A stretch of DNA of 63,891 nt, counting the filler, from Octopus bimaculoides (Eukaryota), in NCBI RefSeq assembly GCF_001194135.2. It is 7 parts of 7 records of this genome, joined end to end, with 100 filler letters (N's around TTAATTAATTAA, not from the genome) between each part and the next. Parts side by side here need not be neighbours in the genome. Positions count along the whole stretch, not along the records: positions 46,264 to 56,624 come from NC_068985.1; positions 56,725 to 62,768 come from NC_069010.1; positions 62,869 to 63,891 come from NW_026436856.1; 4 more parts are not named here. One strand, given 5' to 3'. Position 1 is the stretch's first letter, and every line of letters starts with the position of its first letter. Positions 54,168 to 63,891 of the stretch are shown piece after piece. Position numbers and translations under genes: made by a program. The notes under the pieces were generated by a model. That model was given only the letters and a program-made list of their open reading frames with translations. It had not been told where the DNA came from and searched no databases.

Positions 54168-54230
54168 TAATAAAACTCAGAGTTTCGGATACCGGGGCTG
54201 AAGTCTGCTCCGACATCTCATCAGTTATTA
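54168..54230 (-). ncRNA. Near-intact type I hammerhead ribozyme motif (Penelope-type)
   Basis: UAAUAA-CUGAUGA-GAUGUCGG-[14 nt]-CCGGUAUC-C-GAA-ACUCUGAGU-U-UUAUUA: perfect 6-bp stem I, 8-bp stem II with one extra C, quasi-palindromic stem III, GUU triplet. Confidence 0.75.
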
Positions 54231-54671
54231 AGATCTTAATATGTATTATATTTATAGATAAATTCCTCTATTTTACATAATATCGAGGTCTCATTCATTC
54301 TTTTGTTGTCATATTATATATGTATGCGTGTATATATATGCGCGCGCGTGTGTGTGTAACTACACGCTCACGCACGTGTGTTCCCGTGTATATGTGCATC
54401 TAGTGTATGGATGCACATATTTTGTGTGTATATACGTGTGACCGAACAGCCTACGAACGACTTTGATTTATGGACATCTTTATATGGGCAATAACTGATT
54501 GCCATGTCTGCCAAACAGGAAACGTAGACACAAAGTCAATAAAAATATCAAGACAGATAAGCTTCGTATCTTACTTTCATCCCTTGTTATACGTCAGTGA
54601 CTCTGGTTATAATTATTAAAACATTGCCACAGGGTTCTTCAGCCACATTTCCTCCAATTTTCTCCATTATA

Positions 54672-54709
<38 letters not shown>

Positions 54710-56244
54710 NNNNNNNNNNNNNNNNNNNNNNNNNNNNNNNNNNNNNNNNNNNNNNNNNNNNNNNNNNNNNNNNNNNNNNNNNNNNNNNNNNNNNNNNNNN
54801 NNNNNNNNNNNNNNNNNNNNNNNNNNNNNNNNNNNNNNNNNNNNNNNNNNNNNNNNNNNNNNNNNNNNNNNNNNNNNNNNNNNNNNNNNNNNNNNNNNNN
54901 NNNNNNNNNNNNNNNNNNNNNNNNNNNNNNNNNNNNNNNNNNNNNNNNNNNNNNNNNNNNNNNNNNNNNNNNNNNNNNNNNNNNNNNNNNNNNNNNNNNN
55001 NNNNNNNNNNNNNNNNNNNNNNNNNNNNNNNNNNNNNNNNNNNNNNNNNNNNNNNNNNNNNNNNNNNNNNNNNNNNNNNNNNNNNNNNNNNNNNNNNNNN
55101 NNNNNNNNNNNNNNNNNNNNNNNNNNNNNNNNNNNNNNNNNNNNNNNNNNNNNNNNNNNNNNNNNNNNNNNNNNNNNNNNNNNNNNNNNNNNNNNNNNNN
55201 NNNNNNNNNNNNNNNNNNNNNNNNNNNNNNNNNNNNNNNNNNNNNNNNNNNNNNNNNNNNNNNNNNNNNNNNNNNNNNNNNNNNNNNNNNNNNNNNNNNN
55301 NNNNNNNNNNNNNNNNNNNNNNNNNNNNNNNNNNNNNNNNNNNNNNNNNNNNNNNNNNNNNNNNNNNNNNNNNNNNNNNNNNNNNNNNNNNNNNNNNNNN
55401 NNNNNNNNNNNNNNNNNNNNNNNNNNNNNNNNNNNNNNNNNNNNNNNNNNNNNNNNNNNNNNNNNNNNNNNNNNNNNNNNNNNNNNNNNNNNNNNNNNNN
55501 NNNNNNNNNNNNNNNNNNNNNNNNATATATATTTATACGATAGTATTGAAAACTAAGAATGAGTGCTCAACACTGCATTTAGTACGACCATCCAAAATGA
55601 TATTCTCATCCGAAATAGAAGCAATTTCCCACATTTCAAAGTGGATAGTTTGAAGATTCTTTCTGCATGAAACCATTGGCAGCGTTGTTAATCCACAAAC
55701 AATATATATATATATATATTTGTTTGTATGTGTATGTATGCATGTACGTACGTATGTGCGTATGTATGTATATATATATGTATGCATGCGTGTGGCTGTA
55801 TGTATGTATCCACGCATGTATGTATGTCTGTATGTATGTATGTGCATGGCATATGTTCATGCTGGAAGAATGAAAACCAGTCAGGCTTGATTACTTCCTT
55901 TACTATGTTACTGTCCATTGGAACGGCATTGATCTTAAAAGTTTTATTCCTTCAACAAAGTTTGCATAGCGTTACTTCTGATTGCAAAATTTCAAGCAAC
56001 AAACCTTATTTAATCTACTATAATGTGTGGTAATAATATATATTTATCCATTTGATCAAATCAAATAAATATTTGAAATGTAAGAAAAAATGAATAAATA
56101 TATTTTTAAAAAAGAAGGAAATTTATCATTTTTTAGAAGTACGTTTTATTTACATATCTGAAAAAACATAATTTATATTAACATTACATTCATGAAAAAT
56201 ACTTCTAAAATATTATATATTAATAGTAACAAAAAAGATAACAA

Positions 56245-56310
56245 CAACAACAACAATAATAATAATAATAATAACAACGACGACAACAACAACAAGAGTA
56301 GTAGTAGTAA

Positions 56311-56347
<37 letters not shown>

Positions 56348-56348
56348 T

Positions 56349-56414
<66 letters not shown>
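56245..56414. repeat. (AAC/AAT)n-(AGT)n microsatellite
   Basis: Direct reading. Confidence 0.95.
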
Positions 56415-56415
<1 letters not shown>

Positions 56416-56586
56416 ATTCACTTCTCTATACTGAAATATAATAGCTGAAACTTTTGAGAATTTTTAAATATTTTGTAGTTTTTGTAATTTTTGTAATTTT
56501 TGGTTTTGCTGTTTTAGCTAAATGAACGTTTTATGTAAGTGTATATTTATGCGTAAGTAATTATAGGTATTTGTATGAGTGTGTGT

Positions 56587-56624
<38 letters not shown>

Positions 56625-56854
56625 NNNNNNNNNNNNNNNNNNNNNNNNNNNNNNNNNNNNNNNNNNNNTTAATTAATTAANNNNNNNNNNNNNNNNNNNN
56701 NNNNNNNNNNNNNNNNNNNNNNNNCTTTCAGTGTGTGTGTGGGGGGGGTCAATAAAATAAGTACCAGTTACATGCTGGGGTCGATGTAATCGACAATCCC
56801 ATTCCTCCCAACTTGCTGGCCCTGTGCCAAAATTTAAAACCATTATTATTATCA

Positions 56855-56899
<45 letters not shown>

Positions 56900-57091
56900 G
56901 GGCAGTGAGCTGACAGAATCATTAGCACACCAGACTCCTCTCTTGAAAAAATGCCAGCCTTGTGCCAAAATATGAGACCGATATTTGTTCAACTAAAAAA
57001 AACCCTTCAAAGTGGTGCCCCAGCATGGGCGTAGTCCAATGACTGAAATAAGTAACAGAGAAAAGATAGGAAGCGAAACCTGGTGACTCAC

Positions 57092-57153
57092 CTGATTCTG
57101 GGGAAGCCCAGCTCTCCTTTGTTCTTGGCATAGGCTAAACTCTTCTTAATACA
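57092..57153 (-). CDS. Internal coding exon (62 nt, phase 0/2) of an uncharacterised gene
   Basis: Acceptor ctaat...tgttctgctttattccttgaacag|, donor CAG|GTGAGT; reads CIKKSLAYAKNKGELGFPRI, in frame with the upstream exon. Confidence 0.7.
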
Positions 57154-57227
57154 CTGTTCAAGGAATAAAGCAGAACATTTTATTAGATTAGGGATCAAGG
57201 TTACAGTTGTAGGTATGAGTATATAAA

Positions 57228-57437
57228 TGAGGGGGTGCAGAAAAGTTCCTGGCTTTAAGGATGTCGCTAAACACGTGGTTGGAGGCCCAACCTTCAGAGT
57301 TTTTTTACAGGGGTTAGAAAAACTGAAGGACTGCTGCAATAAGTGTGTTGAATCTGCAAGGGGTATATGTTGAATAAAATCATAATTGACTGATCCTCCT
57401 GTACCCAAAACCAGGAACTTTTCAGCACCCCCTCATA
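57228..57437 (+). mobile_element. Internally deleted mariner derivative (MITE)
   Basis: TIRs tgagggggtgcagaaaagttcctgg / ccaggaacttttcagcaccccctca|ta; retains GLEKLKDCCNKCVE..G.YVE*-like transposase tail. Confidence 0.85.
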
Positions 57438-57506
57438 TGTGGAACACTGTGGGAGTGTGACTATGTGCATGTGGATGTGTGTTCATATAACTCTATGCAT
57501 GTGTGT

Positions 57507-57697
57507 TGGAGGCGCAATGGCCCAGTGGTTAGGGCAGCGGACTCGCGGTCANNNNNNNNNNNNNNNNNNNNNNNNNNNNNNNNNNNNNNNNNNNNNNNNN
57601 NNNNNNNNNNNNNNNNNNNNNNNNNNNNNNNNNNNNNNNNNNNNNNNNNNNGGAACCCTCGTCGTCGTAAGCGACGGAGTGCCAACAACAACAAAAT
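57507..57697 (+). mobile_element. tRNA-derived SINE spanning a gap
   Basis: Head ggaggcgcaatggcccagtggttagggcagcggactc; tail ggaaccctcgtcgtcgtaagcgacggagtgccaacaacaac. Confidence 0.85.
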
Positions 57698-57765
57698 GCA
57701 TGTGAGTGTGTGTGTGTGTGTGAATTTATCCATGCGAACATTGTTTAACAGTCATATATACTCAC

Positions 57766-57897
57766 ATTCGTTGAGAGGCGCGTGGGTGGAGGGATGGACA
57801 AGGTGCCGTAGTTGAAAGGTTCGGCCCTCACCCAAATGTAAAACGGTGGCACAGACGTCTGGGTGGATGACGACGACCCGGTCACCTTGGTAGCCAT
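57766..57897 (-). CDS. Probable first coding part of exon 57766-57964 of an uncharacterised gene
   Basis: Acceptor ttaac..tgttgtttctttgtttctgtttgcag| at 57964, donor AAT|GTGAGT at 57766; ATG at 57897 gives MATKVTGSSSSTQTSVPPFYIWVRAEPFNYGTLSIPPPTRLSTN (phase 0, GC3-rich). Confidence 0.68.
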
Positions 57898-58134
57898 AAC
57901 TGCCTAACTGCAACCCAGTGAACGAGAAGACATCAGCTAGTGTACATAACTTCCTCCAGGGGTGCTGCAAACAGAAACAAAGAAACAACAGTTAAAATAT
58001 TCAACAAGGGTTCCGAAAAGGAAGGGTTTAGACATGTGGAACCCAAAATCATCACTGTCATCATCAGCCTTTAACATCTATTTTCCATGCTAGCATGAGA
58101 TGGACGGTTTGACTAGAGCTGGCAAGCTGTGGAA

Positions 58135-58255
58135 CTGCAGAGTCCTGTTGCCAGACATAGGGTGTTCCAGCAGGCAGCCTCTTGACCCAGGGCAGCACAA
58201 CCTCCTCCAGGCACTTTGATGTAGGCCTCTGTGTTGAGTCTGAGGCCATGTACCT
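58135..58255 (-). mobile_element. maT/DD37D transposase fragment
   Basis: HGLRLNTEAYIK/CLEEVVLPWVKRLPAGTPYVWQQDSA; same family as 61245-61856. Confidence 0.85.
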
Positions 58256-58370
58256 GTTGACAACCAAAGGTTTCTATCTCTCTCCAAGTGAAAGGAAGAT
58301 TGATTGTATGAACGGATGACATTAACAACATTTCCAAATAGGCTTGCTGTCAGGAAATATAATTATTTAT

Positions 58371-58402
<32 letters not shown>

Positions 58403-58414
58403 GGCAAGTGAAAA

Positions 58415-58742
58415 GACATTCGAGCGAGATCGTTGTCAGTGCCGATGGACTGGCTCCTGTGCAGGTGACACGTAATACACCATTTCAAGCGTGGCCTTTG
58501 CCAGTAAGACATTCGAGCAAGATCGTTGCCAGTACCTGCCTGACTAGCCCTCGTGCCGGTGGCACGTAAAAGCACCCACTACACTCTCGGAGTGGTTGGC
58601 GTTAGGAAGGGCATCCAGCTGTAGAAACTCTGCCAGATCAGATTGGAGCCTGGTGCAGCCATCTGGTTTCACCAGTCCTCAGTCAAATCGTCCAACCCAT
58701 GCTAGCATGGAAAGCGGACGTCAAACGACGATGATGATGATG
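58415..58742 (+). mobile_element. SINE family C, 3' portion
   Basis: gagcgagatcgttg.cagtgcc...ggcacgtaaaagcaccc...ccaacccatgctagcatggaaagcggacgtcaaacgacgatgatg; partial copies at 38670-38780 and 58060-58135. Confidence 0.88.
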
Positions 58743-60850
58743 NNNNNNNNNNNNNNNNNNNNNNNNNNNNNNNNNNNNNNNNNNNNNNNNNNNNNNNNNN
58801 NNNNNNNNNNNNNNNNNNNNNNNNNNNNNNNNNNNNNNNNNNNNNNNNNNNNNNNNNNNNNNNNNNNNNNNNNNNNNNNNNNNNNNNNNNNNNNNNNNNN
58901 NNNNNNNNNNNNNNNNNNNNNNNNNNNNNNNNNNNNNNNNNNNNNNNNNNNNNNNNNNNNNNNNNNNNNNNNNNNNNNNNNNNNNNNNNNNNNNNNNNNN
59001 NNNNNNNNNNNNNNNNNNNNNNNNNNNNNNNNNNNNNNNNNNNNNNNNNNNNNNNNNNNNNNNNNNNNNNNNNNNNNNNNNNNNNNNNNNNNNNNNNNNN
59101 NNNNNNNNNNNNNNNNNNNNNNNNNNNNNNNNNNNNNNNNNNNNNNNNNNNNNNNNNNNNNNNNNNNNNNNNNNNNNNNNNNNNNNNNNNNNNNNNNNNN
59201 NNNNNNNNNNNNNNNNNNNNNNNNNNNNNNNNNNNNNNNNNNNNNNNNNNNNNNNNNNNNNNNNNNNNNNNNNNNNNNNNNNNNNNNNNNNNNNNNNNNN
59301 NNNNNNNNNNNNNNNNNNNNNNNNNNNNNNNNNNNNNNNNNNNNNNNNNNNNNNNNNNNNNNNNNNNNNNNNNNNNNNNNNNNNNNNNNNNNNNNNNNNN
59401 NNNNNNNNNNNNNNNNNNNNNNNNNNNNNNNNNNNNNNNNNNNNNNAAACCAATGGTCATTCTATGACCGGCCATAACATTTAACTACTTGGAAAAATAT
59501 ATATTACAGCTCTAATACTTATAGAGTGTGGTTCCGTTTCGGGCAAAGGTAAAGAATGCGCACACCCGGTGTTTACAGTTAAGGCTTTTCTTAGGCCAAA
59601 AAACGGGTGGTGTACGTATTCTTTACCTCCACCCTTTTTCGTATATACGAACTGCTAATTATATATATATATATATGCCGATCTTTCGGTACGAGTTCCT
59701 AGTGTAATTTGAACAGTACAACTATGCATTATGCAACAAGGGTTATACATACGTATGTTTGTGTGTACATGCGCGTGTGTGTGTGTGTGTGTGTTAGTAC
59801 CCGCTACCGCTTGACAACCAGCGCTGGTTTGTTTACGTTCCTGTAACATAGCGGTTCAGTTAAAGCAACCTATTGAATCAGTGCCAGGCTTTTTTTAAAA
59901 AATGGCACTGTCACAATAAATACTAGGAGTCGAATATTTATTCGGCTAAACGCTTCAAGGCGGTGCCCCAGCATGGTCGCAGTCCAGCGACTGAAACAAA
60001 GTAAAAGATATACTTAAGGAGATATATAAACTCCTCGCGTGCATGTATTTATATAATATATATATATATAATACATATATATAAGAACAGATCGGGGTAC
60101 TTACAAAGATCTATATCGTCCTTGTGTCTATAAAACAACAACAGAACTGGGTGTCGGGATAAGAGAGGTGCCGATTTCGAGTGAATGACTTGAATTGTTG
60201 TTAACATGTGTTGTCTCTGTCGGAAATATATATATATACAAACTGTCAGTTGGTTCTTTGTCTTTGTTCAGCTGAAATCAGCCCCCCAAAAAATCATTCG
60301 TTGTCCGACAACAAACAAAAGATGGACGGAAATGGTTGAAAGGAAAGGGAGAGTACTCTGTTTAGTAAATAGTTATCTCCCCCTTGAATTTAATTCAAGA
60401 TTTATGGTGGTCGTAGAGGTGGTGGTGGGTTAGCAGAAATGCTATGCTAACGCACCCATTTTTTTTTACTTATGGGCCCCTTTCGATTACTATTTTATTC
60501 TGGTGGAACCCCCCCTACCCCACCGTAGCCATTCGATGTTTAAAAACTAGTTTTATAGAAGCTTCTTTCAAAATTCCTATTTTGTTTTTTTTTTTGAGGG
60601 TTTTTTTTTTACACACTTTTGTTAGGGAGGGCATCCAGTTGTTAAAAAAAAAACCCTGCCAAAACAGACTGTGGAGCCTGGTGCAGTCTTCTGCCTTGCC
60701 AAACCCACTCAACTTTCTTTTCAGCTCACGACAAGACCTACACACACACGCACGCGCACGCGCGCGCGCACACAAAACCACATGCAAACACGCACAAAGA
60801 AACAAATAAGTTATTGGTGAAAACAAAAACAAAAAAATGTNNNNNNNNNN

Positions 60851-60985
60851 TAACCCTAACCCTATTCCTAACCATAACCCTAACCCTAAACACGTATTCA
60901 TTTGCACACGCGGGTTAGGGATAGGGTTAGGGTTAGGGACAGTGTTAGGGTTAAGGTTAGGGTTAGGGATAGTGTTAGGGTTAGG
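60851..60985. repeat. Inverted telomere-like repeat block (TAACCC)n-spacer-(GGGTTA)n
   Basis: taaccctaaccctattcctaaccataaccctaaccctaa ... gggttagggatagggttagggttaggg... Confidence 0.9.
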
Positions 60986-61244
60986 ATCGACCACTCAAGA
61001 CTAGCTAGCGCGACAGCGCGACTGCGCGTTCGGGTCCGCGCTGCTTTAGTAGTACCTAAATTGTCACCATTTTATATTTTTAATTTCGTACACGCGGATT
61101 GTTTGTTTTTCATCTTGTCGACGGCACAGTATAGTAGGATCAGTTGGGCACTGTCTGTGAGAAAAGCAGCACCATGACGCAATTCTGTACGATCATTCCA
61201 GAATGTTTGGGTGTCATTCTGAGTATAGTGTAATCTTAAGACAT

Positions 61245-61856
61245 GTACTGAGAGTGATAAAAATCAAACGTCCAGTCAGCATCATGGTGTCTGGAGTGAT
61301 CACTAATGATGGCAAAGATATGCCTTCGTTCATCTTCCCCACAGTGACCTACATCAAGTGCTTGAAGGAGGTAGTGCTGCCCTGGGCCAAGAGGTTGGCT
61401 GCTGAAAGACCCTACGTCTGGCAACAGGTCTCTGCACTATGCTACACAAGCAGGAGAACCCAGTCATGGCTGTCAGACAATTTCTGCGACCACACCAACC
61501 CTAACATCTGGCCACCTAACTCCCCAGACTGCAACCCCCTTGATTATCATGTGTATGGGGCACAGTTGAGCGAGAGACCAACAAAACTCCCTGTAACACC
61601 AGAGATGAACTGAAGACAAAGATTATTGCAGCATTTACCAACTTTAAGAAGGAGACTGTCCAGAAATGTTGCAGGAGATTCCGAAGTCGTCTGGAGGCCG
61701 TGGTTGAAGCCAATGGCGATTTTATTGAATAAATTTACTCTTTAGTATTTCAAGATATTTTTATGTAATTTTGGTAAATATATTTATTAAAATGAGATGT
61801 CAGCGTTATTTTCATTTTTGCGTAATTTAGACGACAGTTTATTTACCGCACCCTCT
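61245..61856 (+). mobile_element. maT (DD37D) Tc1/mariner transposon, 3' half with TIR
   Basis: QQ(D>V)SA...WPPNSPDCNPLDY with exactly 37 residues between the last two catalytic positions; RRFRSRLEAVVEANGDFIE*; terminal atttaccgcaccct. Confidence 0.9.
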
Positions 61857-62097
61857 TTGCGTGTGTCTGTGCGCGCGCGCGCGTTTATGCGTGTGCGTAT
61901 GTGTGTGGTCGAGTCTGCGTCCGCATGTGTGTTTGATCGTTCGACCCATTCGTGGACATGAAACACAATGGGTGGACGTATGAGTGCATTCGTACTAAAG
62001 TGCGCGTGCGCGTGCGCGAGCCAGTGAGCGACCATGTTTCGGCTGAGTACGAAAACTGGCGAAAAAAATAGATAAAACAGAACAATTTTCGTTTTCA

Positions 62098-62622
62098 AAA
62101 TAGTTTGACGTATAACATAATAATATAGCTATACAGAATTATATGAAATTTAGTGTGATAAACAAGTTTGGGACGGCTATCGATGGATACTTCCACGTTT
62201 CCCGCTGAAAGTAGTGTCGTCTGCTAAATTTTCGGAATATATTTTCCCACATTCTACTTCGTCTTGGGAAAAAAAAAACAAAAGAAAGTAATCCTTCGGA
62301 GATGGTAGCACGAGTTTTGCGTGATAACCAAGTTTGCGACGGCCACCGATGGATACTCTTGGACATGAAAGACAATGGGTGGACGTGTGGGTGCATTCGG
62401 ACTAAAGTGTGCACGCGCGAGTCTCGTGCTACCATCTCCGAAGGATGGTCTTTTTGTTTTGTTTTTTCCCCCAAGACGAAGTAGATTGTGGAAAATATAT
62501 TCCGAAAATTAAGCAGACGACACTACTTTCAGCGGGAAACGTGGAAGTATGCATTGATGGCCATCCCAAAATTTTATATAATTCTGTATAGCTATATTAT
62601 TATGTTATAGGTCAAACTATTC
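62098..62622. repeat. Long inverted repeat (about 200-bp arms, about 105-bp spacer)
   Basis: 62098-62315 versus reverse complement of 62421-62622, about 90 percent identical by eye. Confidence 0.9.
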
Positions 62623-62868
62623 ATTTTTTTCTTCATATTCGTTCCCAGCAAGTTGTTTTACACCTATTACTCTTTTACTTGTTTCAGTCAGTTGACTGCG
62701 GCCATGCTGGAGCACCTCCTTTAGTCGAGCAAATCGACCCCAAGACTTATTCTTTATAAGCCTAGTACNNNNNNNNNNNNNNNNNNNNNNNNNNNNNNNN
62801 NNNNNNNNNNNNTTAATTAATTAANNNNNNNNNNNNNNNNNNNNNNNNNNNNNNNNNNNNNNNNNNNN

Positions 62869-62900
<32 letters not shown>

Positions 62901-63065
62901 CACATATACACACACACATGCAGGTGTTGGTATAAACTGAGGCAGGAATAGTTATTGAGAATAAGCCAACAAGAGTCAAAAATACACGCAATAAATGTTA
63001 TATATATATAACAGAGTTATTGCGTGTATTTTGACTTAATGTATGTACGCCTTGATAAGTCAGTT

Positions 63066-63110
<45 letters not shown>

Positions 63111-63289
63111 GTGTGACGTCCTCTCAATGAGTAGACAGAGATGATTTTTAAAATGAAAATATCTGAAATAATCACGACTGCTCTCACAAACAAGAATGCT
63201 GAAAATGAACCCAGCAGCTCTCAAAAATTAATTAAAAAGACAGGAAAAATAACTCAGAATCCCTGTCAGATAACTGATCGATGCGAAAA

Positions 63290-63445
63290 TCTGATCAGTT
63301 TGTACCAGTCACGAGGCTAAACATCCTTGAAAGTTTCATGCGAATCCATCCACCGGTTCTTGAGATATCTTGTCCACAGACAAACAAACAAACAAACAAG
63401 CACGACTGAAAACAGCACCACCGCCTTAGCGAAGGTGGAGGTAAT
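63290..63445 (+). mobile_element. HINE/DINE-1-like non-autonomous Helentron 3' end
   Basis: aagtttcatgcgaatccatccaccggttcttgagatatc + (acaa)n + 3' stem-loop accaccgccttagcgaaggtggaggt. Confidence 0.7.
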
Positions 63446-63845
63446 AAACGTCTTCTACATTACTATTTCTTTCTGCAGCATGTCTCGGTCCGAATACACA
63501 GGGGCAAGATATTACGACTTAGCTATTATTTTATAAAAAATATCCTTTGCCCGTTGCAATTGTTGAGATAACCTTCAACGAAAGTTATTCCTCACGTGAC
63601 CATCCTATATATTACCTTCAGACTGTTTGCCGAGTGCCTTCCACTCAATTCTGAGTTGTCTTTAAAGGGATTCAGGACATTACATCAATGTAAAGTAACA
63701 GCAATCAAAGCTGTATTGTATGACTGGCAGAGCATAACAATAGTGAAAGCTAGTGTGTGTAACATCATATTCCGTTACAATAAGAACTTCAAAGCTATCA
63801 CAAAGGCAGAAACTACGTCACTGTCTCAGTTCCTGCCACAAGACT

Positions 63846-63891
<46 letters not shown>

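Overview
AT-rich, intron/intergenic animal DNA with many N gaps and very dense (CA)n, (TA)n, (GA)n, (ATT)n, (AGT)n and (GATA)n microsatellites. The microsatellite load and recurrent SINE families suggest an octopus (coleoid cephalopod) draft scaffold; this is inference. Almost all ORFs in the supplied track are microsatellite, N-gap or transposon artefacts. Two host-gene signals are supported. (1) A + strand terminal exon (41464-41957) encodes M3, intracellular loop and M4 of a divergent nicotinic-receptor-like Cys-loop channel subunit; its upstream exons were not located. (2) A - strand gene has two phase-compatible exons (57766-57964, 57092-57153) encoding an unrecognised N-terminus. The rest is a transposon graveyard: mariner DD34D, maT DD37D, pogo, hAT and piggyBac MITEs, Helitron, HINE, HERO, CRE, CR1, RTE-like LINEs, Penelope and at least four SINE families. 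The most notable non-coding signals are Penelope-type minimal hammerhead ribozyme motifs: one near-intact at 54168-54230 (-) and two inside a 320-bp palindrome at 25625-25950. Several long inverted repeats could form dsRNA.
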